Shown piece by piece: positions 96,479 through 110,658 of a stretch of DNA of 124,000 nucleotides. The DNA lies in contig OX597814.1 in the NCBI GenBank assembly GCA_951406725.2, positions 169,280,001-169,404,000 of the forward strand. Reading direction: 5' to 3'. Position 1 is the stretch's first letter. Each line of letters starts with the position of its first letter. Below the pieces are notes generated by a model. It worked only from the letters and a program-made list of their open reading frames with translations. It was not told the DNA's origin and ran no database searches. Made by a program: the position numbers and the translations under genes. Source of the DNA: Octopus vulgaris. Lineage: Eukaryota.

Positions 96479-99400
96479 CATCATCATCATCATCATCATC
96501 ATTTAACGTCCGCTTTCCATGCTAGCATGGGTTGGACGGTTCAACTGGGGTCTGGGGAGCCCGAAGGCTGCACCAGGCCAGTCAGATCTGGCAGTGTTTC
96601 TACAGCTGGATGCCCTTCCTAACGCCAACCACTCCGAGAGTGTAGTGGGTGATTTTATGTGCCACCGACACAGGTGCCAGACGAGGCTGGCGAACGGCCA
96701 CGCTCGGATGGTGTTTTTATGTGCCACCGACACAGGTGCCAGACGAGGCTGGCGAACGGCCACGATCGGATGGTGTTTCTTACGTGCCCACAGCACGGAG
96801 GCCAGTCGATGCGGTACTGGCTACGGCCACGTTCGGATGGTTTTCTTGTGTGCCACTGGCACTGGTACCACAAAGATACAAATTACATTGATGTTCATCT
96901 ATTTTGATTTGATTTGATTTGATTTTCACTTGCCTCAACAGGTCTTCACAAGTGTCACAAGAAGGAAGGAAGGTATGCACAGGTGAACTGACAACGTCCC
97001 AGGTAGGGGCCACGGGTTATGGCCTGACTAGTCTTGCCGGGTCTTCGGATGATGTTTTTATGTGTCTCCGACACAGGTGCCAGATGGATGGTGTTTGTTA
97101 CGTGCCCACAGCACGGAGGCCAGTCGATGCGGTACTGGCTACGGCCACGTTCGGATGGTTTTCTTGTGTGCCACCGGCACTGGTACCATAAAGATACAAA
97201 TTCCATTGATGTTCATCTATTTTATTTTGATTTTCACTTTCACTTGCCTCAACAGGTCTTCACAAGTGTCACAAGAAGGAAGGTATGCACAGGTGGACTG
97301 ACTACGTCCCAGGTTGGGGCCACGGATTATGGCCTGACTAGTCTTGCCGGGTCTTCGGATGGTGTTTTTATGTGCCACCGACACAGGTGCCTAGTCTTGC
97401 CGGGTCTTCGGATGGTGTTTTTATGTGCCACCGACACAGGTGCCGGATGAGGCTGGCGAACGGCCACGATCGGATGGTGTTTGTTACGTGCCCACAGCAC
97501 GGAGGCCAGTCGATGCAGTACTGGCTACGGCCACGTTCGGATGGTTTTCTTGTGTGCCACCGGCACTGGTACCACAAAGATACAAATTCCATTGATATTC
97601 ATCTATTTCGATTTGTTTTGATTTTTTTGATTTTCACTTGCCTCAACAGGTCTTCACAAGTGTCACAAGAAGGGAGGTATGCACAGGTGAACTGACTACG
97701 TCCCAGGTAGGGGCCACGGGTTATGGCCTGACTAGTCTTGCCGGGTCTTCGGATGGTGTCTTTATGTGCCACCGACACAGGTGCCAGATGAGGCTGGCGA
97801 ACGGCCACGATCGGATGGTGTTTGCTATGTGCCCACAGCACGGAGGCCAGTCGATGCGGTACTGGCTACGGCCACGTTCGGATGGTTTTCTTGTGTGCCA
97901 CCGGCACTGGTAACAAAGATACAAATTCCATTGATGATCATCTATTTTATTTTGATTTTCACTTTCACTTGCCTCAACAGGTCTTCACAAGTGTCACACG
98001 AAGGAAGGTATGCACAGGTGGACTGACTACGTCCCAGGTAGGGGCCACGGGTTATGGCCTGACTACTCTTGCCGGGTCTTCTCATGCACAGCATACTTCC
98101 ATAGGTCTCGGTCTCTAGTCATTTCCTTGGTGAGACCTAAAGTTCGAAGGTCGTGCTTCACCACCTCGTCCCAGGTTTTCCTGGGTCTACCTCTTCCACA
98201 GGTTCCCTCAACTGCTAGTGTGTAGCACTTTTGCACACAACTATCTACAGCCATTCTCATCACATGACCATACCAGCGCAGCCGTCTCTCTTGCACACCA
98301 CAATTGACGCTTCTTAGGTTCAACTTTTCTCTCAAGGTACTTACACTCTGACGATTATGAACACTGACATTACACATCCATCGGAGCATACTGGCTTCAT
98401 TTCTTGCAAACTTACGCATATCCTCAGCAGTCACGGCCCATGTTTCACTACCATGTAGCATGGCTGTACGTACACATGCATCATACAGTCTGCCTTTTAC
98501 TCTGAGCGAGAGGCCTTTTGTCACCAGCAGGGGTAAGAGCTCTCTAAACTTTGCCCAAGCTATTCTTACTCTAGCAGTTACACTTTCAGCACACCCACCC
98601 CCGCTACTGACTTGGTCTCCTAGGTAGCGGAAGCTATCAACTACTTCTAGTTTGTCTCCCTGGAACGTGGTAGAAGTTGGTCTCTGCACATTTCCAGTGT
98701 TTATTGCTCCTGAGCATCTGCCACAGACAAAAACTATTTTCCTAGTTAGCCTTCCTTTGACATTGCTGAACCTCTTATGTGTCCATAGCTTACACTTGGT
98801 GCACCTTATAGAGTTTCTACCTACACCTTTTTTACAGATCGAGCAGGGCCATCTACCTGAAGTCGTTTGTGATTGGTCCACCTTCCTACTTATTAGGACT
98901 TTGGTTTTGGCTAGGTTGATTCTAAGGCCCTTCGATTCTAATCCTTGTTTCCACACCTGAAACTTCTCCTCCAGTTCTGATAGTGACTCAGTAATTAGAG
99001 CAAGGTCGTCAGCATAGAGGAGCTCCCAGGGGCATCCTGTCTTGAATTCCTCCGTTATTGCCTGGAGGACTATGATAAATAGGAGGGGACTGAGGACTGA
99101 ACCTTGGTGGACCCCAACCTCTACCCGGAATTCTTCACTGTACTCGTTGCCAACCCTCACCTTACTAGCAGCGTCTCTGTACATGGCTTGCACAGCTCTC
99201 ACTAACCATTCATCTATCCCTAGTTTTCTCATTGACCACCAGATAAGGGATCGGGGGACCCTGTCAAAGGCTTTCTCCAAGTCAACAAAAGCCAGGTACA
99301 AGGGCTTGTCTTTGGCTAGGTATTTCTCCTGCAGCTGTCTTACCAGGAATATAGCATCAGTAGTACTTTTCCCTGGCACGAACCCAAACTGCATATCATC

Positions 99401-99922
99401 TAAGCTAACACTCTCTCTAATTAGTTGGGCTATAACCCTCTCCGTAACCTTCATTACCTGATCCAGCAGCTTGATGCCTCTGTAGTTATTTGTATCTAGG
99501 GCGTCGCCTTTACCTTTGTAGCAGTTGACTATTATGCTGCTACACCAGTCATTGGGTATGACTCCCTCGTGTATCACCTGGTTAACTATACGGGTGACTA
99601 AGCTATAGCCGACACCACCAGATATTTTGAGCATCTCTGCAGTAATTCCTGATGGGCCTGGGGCTTTCCCTGTTTTCATGCTTCTAATTGCCTTATCTAC
99701 TAAGGAACTGTTAACTCGGATTGCTGGTCCCTCTGTTGGGTCGACATTCGGCAGACTCTCTTTATCCCATTCATTTTCTTCATTCAGCAACCTTTCATAG
99801 TGGCGTCTCCAAGCCTCTCTCTTTGCATCCTCATTTAGTGCAAGTGAACCGTCATCCTTGCGAACACACTTCTCTCCTACCACGTCACAGTTCTCTCTCA
99901 CACACTGTCTTGCAACACGAAA
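96479..99922 (-). mobile_element. Young 5'-truncated RTE-clade LINE with tandemly amplified 3' UTR and (CAT)n tail
   Basis: Uninterrupted RT frame, four 3' UTR units, tail at 96479-96502. Confidence 0.92.
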
Positions 99923-99994
99923 TGAAGAATAAAAATATTCTGCTGATCTGAATAAAGAAATTTTTGCTGGAACATGGGGCAGGTCAAGTGACAA
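98063..99994 (-). CDS. RTE-clade LINE reverse transcriptase (no APE endonuclease; first ~24 codons come from flanking DNA)
   Basis: 643-aa ORF with KAPGPSG, YRGIKLL, FVDLEKAFDRV, HQGSVLSPLLF, LYADDLAL and GRGRPRKTW motifs. Confidence 0.93.
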   Translation of the reverse strand: MSLDLPHVPAKISLFRSAEYFYSSFRVARQCVRENCDVVGEKCVRKDDGSLALNEDAKREAWRRHYERLLNEENEWDKESLPNVDPTEGPAIRVNSSLVDKAIRSMKTGKAPGPSGITAEMLKISGGVGYSLVTRIVNQVIHEGVIPNDWCSSIIVNCYKGKGDALDTNNYRGIKLLDQVMKVTERVIAQLIRESVSLDDMQFGFVPGKSTTDAIFLVRQLQEKYLAKDKPLYLAFVDLEKAFDRVPRSLIWWSMRKLGIDEWLVRAVQAMYRDAASKVRVGNEYSEEFRVEVGVHQGSVLSPLLFIIVLQAITEEFKTGCPWELLYADDLALITESLSELEEKFQVWKQGLESKGLRINLAKTKVLISRKVDQSQTTSGRWPCSICKKGVGRNSIRCTKCKLWTHKRFSNVKGRLTRKIVFVCGRCSGAINTGNVQRPTSTTFQGDKLEVVDSFRYLGDQVSSGGGCAESVTARVRIAWAKFRELLPLLVTKGLSLRVKGRLYDACVRTAMLHGSETWAVTAEDMRKFARNEASMLRWMCNVSVHNRQSVSTLREKLNLRSVNCGVQERRLRWYGHVMRMAVDSCVQKCYTLAVEGTCGRGRPRKTWDEVVKHDLRTLGLTKEMTRDRDLWKYAVHEKTRQE

Positions 99995-101400
99995 CTAGGC
100001 TTACATAAGGATAATGATGGTATTGTAGTTGATGGTGGTGGTGGTGGTGGTGTGATGGTGGTGAAAGCGATGAGGATGATAATGATGATGATGTCATCAT
100101 GGCCAATGCCAGTGTCACATAGCAAGCACCCATGCCAATGGCATGTAAAAAGCACCCTTTGAACATGGGGCCTCACAGAAGCAATGGTAAGTGACTGAGA
100201 TGACCAAGACCTTTTGTGAAATGCTGTACTTGAGAAGCCTTGTCAAGCCAAGTGAAAGCTTAGTTGTGGCCAATGCCAGTGTCACATAACTGGCACCCAT
100301 GTGGTGGTATGTAAAAAGCACCCATTACACTCTTGGAGTGGTTGGCATTAGGAAAGGCATCCAGCCTTTGAAACCATGCCAAATCAGACTAGAACCTGGT
100401 GTAGTCCTACAGCTTACTAGTTTCAGTCAAACCGTCCAACCCATGATGATGATGATGATGAGAATGAGGATGATAAAGATGATTCTGTTGATAATGACAA
100501 TGATCATGATGATGAGGAGGATGAGGATGAGGATGCTGCTGTTACTGCTGACGATGATGATGATGCTGATGATGATAACGATGACAATGATGGTGATGAT
100601 GATGATGAGAATGAGGATGATAAAGATGATTCTGTTGATATTGACAATGATCATGATGAAGAGGAGGATGAAGATGCTGCTGCTACTGCTGACGATGATG
100701 ATGATGATGCTAATACTGATGCTGCTGATGATGATGACGACAATGATGGTGATGGTGATATGATGAATAGACTGCTGATACAGTTGCTGATAGTGATGAT
100801 GTTGATGATGTCTTATCATCATTTTGCTTTAAAACAAAACTCCATCAATCTACCTTAGAATGTGTGTACCTTTGAGGTTTATTTTTTTTATATACATATT
100901 TTGGGGTCAGAAGGAAGAGAACATTTTGCTTTTTCCAATTTAATTTTTAAAAAAACTTATTTTCTTTTTTAAAAACGATAACCGAAAAAAAAAAAGAAAT
101001 TATTTAAAATAAAGTTATTTAAAACTAAAACTGCTTTCTTTCACTTTTTATATTTTAGTTATGATATTTTTGCATAACAATATATTTGTTTGGTTATTGA
101101 TGAAGCTACTATTGATTTGTGAAAACTCACCTAAGGAAACTGACTGCATCAGAACCTTAGCAGACAGTTCCATGGCATTATTCACCATTTGTTTTGTAGC
101201 AGGTAAAAATAAATCAATTATCTCCAAGTATTTGCTACCCCTGTCTCACCCCTTACTCGTTTCCATTGTAATTCAGACATGTTTGGATGTATAACTAGTT
101301 TCTGTGTAAAAATGAGCGCATGCCTGTGTATAGATGTGTTTATATGATGTGCATATGTTTGTGTGTGTATGTGTGTTTGTGTGTGTGTGTGTGTATGTGT

Positions 101401-101467
<67 letters not shown>

Positions 101468-104400
101468 ATCAGATTTCTCATGAATATTAGATGCTTGTAT
101501 AATTCTGATCTGTTTGAATGTATTGCCTCCTTTTCTGTGTAGGATGTGTATATGTGCCTGTACTCTGTGTGTGTATGTGTATGTTTGTGTTTGTGTTTTT
101601 GTTTTTATGTGTGTGTGTGTGTGTGTTGTTTTGAGCCTTTGTGAATGTATGCAATCCTGCATGTTCATGTTTGTGTAAATATATATTGAAACACAAGTGC
101701 TCACATATGAACATACTCTCCTACATACATACATGCATACACACTCTCTTGCATACATACATACACATGTATGTCTGTACTGATTTTGTCATTCTCTCTG
101801 TTTCTGTCATACCTTTTCCAAACACATGCATACACAAACACACACACACACATGCAAACATACATTTGCGGCTTTTCTCTATGTATCCAGCTTGTTCATG
101901 ATTTTGTATGGAGCTGCAATCTTTGTACAGCTCAGATACACAGGGGGAAGACACATTCTTATATTGCAGCTTGCTGTCTATGGTTACAAACCAGAACCTC
102001 AGATTGTTTTATAAAACAAGGTCCAGTCCTTGTTGTGGTGTGGTAGCTTCTGTGCCACAATGATTCTAAGAGCAATGCCAATGGAGCACAAACACCTGGT
102101 AGGGTCTCCCATAACATATAACATCGCCCTTTTCAAGCCTAGCCAGACTCGTGGGCCCGGTTTCCCGGTTTCTATGGCATACGTGTTCCCCCCAGCTGGA
102201 CGGAATGCCAGTCCATCACAGCATTACTCAAGAAACAGGAAGAGAGAGTGAGAGAAAGTTGTGGCGAAAGAGTACAGCAGAGAGGTATAGCTCCTTTTCC
102301 CAGGTGTGTAATATATGAATAGTTATGATGATGAGGGTTCCAGTTAATTAGATCAATGGAACAGCCTGCTCATGAAATTAATGCGCTCCATAGATATGCG
102401 TGCCCTTAATGTAGTTTTCAGTGAGATTCAGCATGAAATACAGGCACTACTCATTTTTATCAGCCCAGTGGACTGGAGCAACATGAAATAAAGTGTCTTG
102501 CTCAAGGGCATAACACGCTACTGCGCATCAACCCTCATGACCTTATGACTGTAAGCTGAATGCCCTAACCACTAAACCAAGCACCTAACAGTGTAGTTAC
102601 CTGTAGAGAGGTATAGCTTCTCTTCACAGATGTATAATAAATCATATACGAAGGAGTGTCTAGCAGTTCCTGGCTTTAAGGGTATCATGAAAGGCTTAGT
102701 TGGAGGCCCAACCTTCTGAGTTCTTTTACAGGGATTAGAAAAACTGAAGGGCTGTTGCAATGTCTGTGAATCTGAGAGAAGAATATGTTGAATAAAATCA
102801 TAATTAACTGATCCTCTTGTATTTTCTTTTAACCAAAGCCAGGAACTTTTCAGCACACTCTTGTATGAATAGTAAGAACTGAAGTAAGCCATGTATTCAA
102901 CCTTGTAAGACTGATGCCTTTTTGGATGACTGATAGGAAGATTGATCTAAAACAGTGCTTTGCAACCATTTTTTGCCTATGAATCCTTTTGATTCTTACT
103001 TTACTCGACTGGACCTCTATAGCCATTTGATGCATATAAAAAAAACAAAAAATATTTTTCATCATCATTTAGTGTCTGTTTTCCATGCTGACATGAGTTA
103101 GATGGATTGACTGGAACTGGTAAGCCAGAGAGCTTGCACAAGGTTCTAGTCTGATTTGGCTTGGTTTCTATGGCTGGATGCCATTTCTAACTCCAACCAC
103201 TCCAAGAGTGTAAGGGTGCTTATTACGTGCCACCAACATGGGTGCCATTTACTTGTCACTGGCAATGACCATGATTAAGGTTTCACTTGGCTTGATGATT
103301 TTTCTCAAGCACAGCATTTTGCCGAAGGTCTCAGTTACTTGTCATCGCCTTCATGAAGCCCAACATTCATAGATCGTTTCACCATGAGGCCCAGTATTTG
103401 AAGATATCACTACCAGCAACAACCATGATTATGATTTCACAGGTGCCATTTATATGACTCTGGCAACAGCCATAACTAATTTTATAATTAAATATTATTA
103501 GAAATTGTATAAAAAGTTCTTTTTAATATTTTGTATATGGTAGCAGTATAAGCAATTTATTGCACATAAGTTTTAACAACAAAATCTTATAAGGAACCCC
103601 AAGGGTCATATAAGGACCCCTAAGGGTCATATGGACCCTGCTTGAGGAACACTGCTCTAAAATGATACCTTTGATAGATTTTACAATCGCTTTAGTAGTT
103701 TCCAGAGTATCTCTTTGGATTTCAGAGTTCTTTTGAACCATACTTTGCTAGAAGTGATACATACTCTTCTAGGACTGTGACACATACTTTATAACTATCA
103801 CAGTAAAAATACCTGTTGTGCTGTGATTTGGTCCGAATCCAAATTGTCTTTTAGAAATATCTAGGTTTTCTTCAATCAGTAACTTTATTGTTGTTTCTTG
103901 ACTGTTGATTTCATTACTTTGATGTTGAGTGATGATCAGTATTTTGGTGGCTCAGTTCTAGAATTCGTCTTGCCTAGAGGTTTTATAAAACAAGGTCCAG
104001 TCCTTGTGGTGTGGTAGCTTGTGTGCCACAATAATTCTAAGAGCAATGCCAATGGAGCACAAACACCTGGTAGGGTCTCCCATAACATATAACGTTGCCC
104101 TTTTCAAGCCTAACCAGGCTCATGATCCTGGTTTCCCAGTTTCTGTGGCATATGCGTTCCTCCCAGCTGGACAGGATACCAGTCCATCACAGCATTATTC
104201 AAGAAACAGGAGGAGAGAGTGAGAGAAAGTGGTGGCGAAAGAGTACAACAGGGGTCACCACCACCCCCTGCTGGAACCTCGTGGAGCTTTTAGGTGTTTT
104301 CACTCAGTAAATACACACAACGCCTGGTCTGGGAATTGAAACCGCGATCCTCCGACCGCAAGTCTGCTGCCCTAACCACTGGGCCATTGCGCCTCCACAT

Positions 104401-104899
104401 ACTGGAGTAAAACAGTAAAAAGAGTAAGAGTAATCCCTAAAATACTACCATGGGCCCAAAAACGTTTTATATGAACCTCCCCAGGGTTCATATGGACCCA
104501 GTTGAGAACCACTAGCTTAAGTGTAAAATAAATATTATAAGTGAGGTTTTCAACTTATTTAGAATAATACTGCAAATAAATCAAAAATTGAAATAGGGAA
104601 AACTAGGAGCAGTTTGCTCCATAGTGTTCCTTCACAATTTTGATTAAAATCTGGAAGATTTTTTGCAGTTTGAATTCCTGTTTTCAATTTCAATCTTAAT
104701 GATATTTTCAGTTTTCAAGATGATGTTCCATAGCATTGTGTCAGATTGTCAGATGTTTTGTGGTTGGCTGTCAGCTTTCCATATTTGATACTGGCAAAAC
104801 ACATTGACTTCACCATTTGTTGTCAAATGTGCAGTTGTGTAGTGTTTCTTGATGAGGACATGAATGTGGTCTGTTGTGCCAGAGAAAGGAGAGAGAGGG

Positions 104900-104924
104900 A
104901 GGAAGAGCAAGAGATAGATAGATG

Positions 104925-104991
<67 letters not shown>

Positions 104992-105190
104992 GGATAGATA
105001 GATGGATGGATGGATGGATGGATGGATGGATGGATGGATGGATGGATGGATGGATGGATGGATGGATGGATGGATGGATGGATGGATGGATGGATGGATG
105101 GATGGATGGATGGATGGATGGATGGATAGGTAGGTAGGTAGGTAAGTAGGTAGGTAGGTAGATAGATAGATAGATAGATAGATAGATATA
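104900..105190. repeat. Compound tetranucleotide array GATA-GGAT-GGTA-GATA
   Basis: Direct inspection. Confidence 0.95.
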
Positions 105191-106273
105191 GTGTGACTGA
105201 TTGGGGGAGTTTACAAGGCTCTACAATTCTTGTTAATATTGTTGCTTCTTAAGATGATGAGCTGGCAGAATTGTTGACCCACCAGACAAAATGCTAAGGG
105301 TCATTTTGTTTGCCTATACATTCTAAGTTCAAATTCTATGGTCGACTTTGCCTTTCATCTTTTCGAGGTTGATAAAATGAGCACTAGTTAAGTATTGGGG
105401 CTGATGTAATCAACTAGGCCCTTTCCCTGAAATTGATGGCCTTATGCCAAAATTTGAAATCAATATTGTTGCCTCTGAATTGTTATTGCACCAGGCAAAA
105501 TGCTTAGTGGTATTTCGTCTGTCTTTATACTTTGAGTTCAAATTCTGCCAAGGTCGACTTTATCAGTTGAACACTGAAATTTTTGGCCTTTTGCCAAAAT
105601 TTGAAACCAATATTGTTGCTTCTTGATTATTTCATTCACTTAGTTTTCATCGTGCTTTGTTTCCACCTAATTCTCTGCCACAATGTATTATGGATTTGCT
105701 GAAGAAGAAATATTTGTTCTTTGAAGTAATACACTTCTTTAACTGAAAGAGTTTCATTCCAGTGACTGGTCTGTATTTGTCTTTGAACCAAGCTTTATAA
105801 GTGGATTTTTTTCACCGTTGACTTTGTTTGCAATGCAAATGTGCATAATTTTGTAAACAATTTCTCTAACTAAAATCCAGATTTTCCTATGATGTTTCTT
105901 TTAAATAATACTTATACACTCTCACATGTATGTATGTATGTATGTATGTATGTATGTATGTATGTATGTATGTATGTATGTATGTATGTATGTATGTATG
106001 TATGTATGTATGTATGTATGTATGTATGTATGTATGTATGAATGTATTGTATGTATGTATGTATGTATGTATGTATGTATGTATGTATGTCATTGCTCAG
106101 TTTTATTTCAAGATTTCTTGCCAATAGAGAATGAGCTGGTTTCTAGCCTATATCCAAGGCTCCTTCATTGGAATTTCAACATCAGCAATAAGGTATTTTG
106201 TATGTATGTATGTATGTATGTATGTATGTATGTATGTATGATTGCATGCATGCATGTATGTATGTATGTATGT

Positions 106274-106313
<40 letters not shown>

Positions 106314-106862
106314 ATGTATGTATGTATGTATGCATGCATGTATGTATGTATGTATATGTGCAGATTTGTATGTCTTGCTTTATGTATGTATTCTCATGCA
106401 TATAGTTGCATATCTAGACATGCTCATATATATTTAAATGATAAACTTCTGAAAAGTTTACAGATTTTCACAGTTCCAGTCATGGATTGGATCTGTAGTC
106501 TTCAGATTAGCTTTCTCCTTTCTGGTTTTGAGAAGCCTAATTTCTCAAGATTATTATTTAGGTAGTGTGTGACATATCCCGAGGCCCAAAAATTACAGGT
106601 ATAAACTTGAAATTGCAATCTGGATAGAGTAACTGCAGATTTCTCAATAGTTCAGCATAGGTGTTCTCTTTTTCACTAATCTTCAGCTTTATGTTAACAT
106701 CAGCTGGGCAGCTAATTTCCACAACTGTGCATAGTTTTTTTTCTCTGTCTCAAATCACTATATCAGGTCTATTGTGCTTACAGTTATTGAGGTCTTCACT
106801 GAGACAGTCTACTAATACTCCTTTTTATTATGAGTGGTTATAGCTTCTACCATACAGTGGGT

Positions 106863-107050
106863 TCATATTTCTTTGTCTTCGGAGTTATCCTTCTGATGGA
106901 TTTCATTATAGAGTGTCCTAGATACAACATCAGGTCTCATCGGTAGATAATACCATGATGACATTTTCAGACAACTGCTTATGATGAGGGTGATATCTTC
107001 AGTGTTAACTCCACAAAGTCTGCAACAGTTGTCACATTTTACTGCTTTTC
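106863..107050 (-). pseudogene. R4/Dong-like (REL-endonuclease) LINE fragment, zinc-knuckle region
   Basis: CRLCGVNTEDITLIISSCLKMSSWYYLPMRPDVV. Confidence 0.65.
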
Positions 107051-107265
107051 TTTTATGTATGTATGTATATATGCATGCATGCCTGCATGTATGTATGTAT
107101 GTATGTATGTATGTATGTATGTATGTATGTATGTATGTATGTATGTATGTATGTATGTATGCATGCATGTATGTATGGATGGATGAATGTATATATGTAT
107201 GTATGTGTGTGTGTATGTATGTATGTATGTATGTATGTATGCATGTATGTATGAATGGATGAGTG

Positions 107266-107299
<34 letters not shown>

Positions 107300-107439
107300 T
107301 GTATGTATGTATGTATGTACGTATGTATGTACATGTGTATGTATGTATGTATGTATGTATGTATGTATGTACGTGTGTATGTATGTATGTATGTATTTAT
107401 GTATGTATGTATGTATGTATAGATTGATGTATGTACATG

Positions 107440-107850
107440 CAGGGTGTCCAGAAAATCATAAGAGAAAAGGAAACATTTGCTGAAATTGCAACAAAAACTG
107501 GATACTGTTGAAATTTTTCTATAATATGAAGTAAAACGTGAAGTTTATACACAAATATTTTATAAATTTGTATTTGGCCCCTATCCATTGCATGAAGGAC
107601 ATCTAAACAATATTCAATTTTTGTCCATGTCCTTCTTGACACACCCTCATCAATAGTCACAATGGCAGTAGTGATTCTTTGCTTAAGTTCATCCAACTCC
107701 TTTATGCTACTTTGGTACATGATTTGTTTTGTATAACCCCACAAGAAAAAAGTCTATGGGTGTTATATCTAGGGAATGAGGGGTCAAGTAATTGGGCCAC
107801 TTTTTCCTATCCAGCAATCTGGAAACCTTTCATTTAAAAATCTGCAGATG
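107440..107850 (-). pseudogene. DD41D/rosa-like transposase C-terminal fragment
   Basis: MWGYTKQIMY..ELKQRITTAIVTIDEGVSRRTW, related in type to 48870-49800. Confidence 0.7.
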
Positions 107851-108499
107851 GTTGCATGTGAAATAAAATTTGAGTGAGGTCGTTGCCAGTGCTGCTGGAC
107901 TGGCTCCTGTGCAGCCCTGTCAGTTTACTGATCAAATGTGGTCAAAGATAGTTCTCTTAATGTATCAGTCTGCTTTCAGTGTTTTACTCTGTCTTTCTCC
108001 TTAGCAGCACAGTGATGAAGCTAGTTCCCATACACAATGGCCATGGAACCAGAAACAAATATTCTACCACATCTACAAAAATCTGTATATACACAAACAA
108101 CTCAGTGCAGTTGTATATTTCACATGGTGGTGGAAAAGTGTAGTTGACAAGGCTGTTAGAGAAAAGAAACAGGCCTGGAGCTACTAACAGTTTCGTGTGA
108201 ACGTATATTTAGGCAGGTTTTTATAATACACCTAGTGTCTCTAAACAATCTTTAGGCCCTGAGCACATGGTTTGTTCTGCTTGAAAATCTGGATGCAGGT
108301 ACATGAGAAATCACAAGAAAAAACAAAAGAAGGTTGATGCAAAAAACCAGAAGGGTAAATACAGTGGAGAAAGTAAAGAAAGAAAATTTGACTGTAGCAA
108401 CCATAGTTAAACTAGTTGTTATAGAATAATTAATAATTCGATGGAGAGGCATCCAAACTCTGCATGACAGCTGCTCAATCTGGAGAGAATGGTGTGCTC

Positions 108500-109290
108500 C
108501 AGTTTGCCAAAAGAAATTTATCTAAATGCTTGCATTTTCCTGAAAATTTCAGTTTTCCAATTAAGTAATGCAGTAGAATTCTTAGATCTAAAAGGAATGT
108601 GTGACATTTTGGTTATGCATAAGCTGCATTTTCAGATCCATTTACATCTGACATGGATTTTTCGACAATTTCCCACTTGATTGTATGTGGTGTGCAGTTG
108701 ATCTTCAAACTCAATACGCAGCTAGCCAACTTGGTGGCTTTACTTTTGTCAATGTGCTGGAAAGAAGATTGATGGTTTGCATAACATCTTTTGAAATTGC
108801 TTTCACATACACTGATGTAATTTTTCTTTTCAGTTAGCTTATCTTGAAGCATTGCTGTGACTTCTGTCTCATAGCCAACGGAGTTTACCATACACACCTA
108901 ATCTAGTGGGCTAGCAGTGTCTTGACAATTGCAGCTGGGAATAGGCTCTTGGTGATGCTTACGAGTGATTATGTTTTTCATATTGGGGCAGCAGCTGTAT
109001 GATATTTTAATTGAGTGTCTTTTAAAAATCTTCCCATATTTATGGTTTACTGGGAAATGCTTATCTAAAAAGAGACAGAAATTTATTGCCTACATTAGTT
109101 TTAGCTTTTTGAGAGAACGGTGGGGCGAAGCATATTACTTTCTTAGGCCTATTTTTTGGTGTAATTTTATGACAGATGTTTTTATTTGAAGGGTTGCAAT
109201 ATATTTTATCTTTGAAGCCACTGTTAGCTAGAGCATTGTTATAGTAGGGGGCTGCCATATCAAATATTTCTTTAGAGGAGGAGAGATTAG
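108500..109290 (-). pseudogene. Penelope-like RT C-terminus and GIY-YIG endonuclease remnant
   Basis: APYYNNALANSGFKDK..FAPPFSQKAKTNVGNKFLSL; FKRCYANHQSSF..TKLAS..IKWEIV. Confidence 0.75.
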
Positions 109291-110658
109291 ATATGCTATT
109301 ACTGATGTCAGCTATCAGATTAAGTACTATAGAGGACTGACTTCACAGTAAACCATAATAAATACAGGAAGATTTTTGAGCTTCCATCACAATTTCTTGA
109401 TAACTTATGTTCCAGTCACTAGCTTGATAATGACAAAGTTATTTCTTCAATATTTTCAAAATTAATGGAAACAAAGACAATGTATTTCAACATGTATTTC
109501 AAATATGGTAGCAAAAAAGGTTCTTCTATGTTCCAAATACCAGTCTATAAATGACAGTTATTTTACTAAATTGTTCGTTATTTTTTCAAAACTTTAATTG
109601 AAATAAAAGCAATTTATTTAAATAGAAACAGGGCATTTAAAGAGTTAAGACAGACCAGAAAAGGAGAACAGGGTCACTGACAGGATCTGAACCACAAACC
109701 ACCATATAGTTGTCTGCTTACCAAGGAGACAAGTGATAGATTTGAGGTTCAGATCCTTTCAGTGAGACTATGGTCTTCCTCTGTCTGAAAAATGGCTCTT
109801 ATAATAACTAATATAATTTTATGTGAAAATAATTTTTTCCTTCATAAGTATTATTCTAAAAACTTTAAAAACAATCCCTCAAGTGGTAAAAAAAAATCAA
109901 AGAGGAAAAACAGAAAAAATCATCAGAATCTATAAAAACAATTAAATAAAATTATCATTACAACTGTTTCTTTTCCTAATATATTTTATTTTAATGTTAT
110001 TCTTACTGCAATTTTTGTTAGTTTTTATCAATGTAATTCTTATTAGTGTTATTTTTGTTGAAATTTATATTAGTATTATTTTAATGTAATTTATATTAAT
110101 TTTTTTTATGATAATGCCATTTTAATTAATATTATTTTTGTTAATTTTATCATAATTAATATTGGCTTTATCAATGTTATTTTTATTACTGCTGCTTTTT
110201 ATAAATTCTATATCCATTAATCTTATTTCTGTTAATCTTATTTTTGTTAATTTTATTTTTGTTAATATTATTTTTATTAATGTTATTTTAGCCAATGTTA
110301 TTTTTGCACTTTAACAGAAAAATCAAGAAATAATTCTAATATTAGTTCTGTTGAAGATGGTGAGCTGGAATATTTCTTAAATTAATGACACTTGACCATT
110401 CTATGAAATACCACAATATTGATAGTGTTAACTCCATTACATGCTTGTTGGCATTTCTTGTGGTCCTTTATTCTGGGTTCAACTGCCACTAAGGTTGACT
110501 TTGCCATTCATGTGTTAGGGATCAATAAAATAAATAACAGCTGTGCACTGAGGTGATGTAATTAACTCCCCTTAAAATTGCTGGTCTTGTGCCAAAGTTA
110601 GAAAGAATTGTTAGCACTGCCATGTAAAGAACACTGGTGCTAGCATCACTTCGAATGC

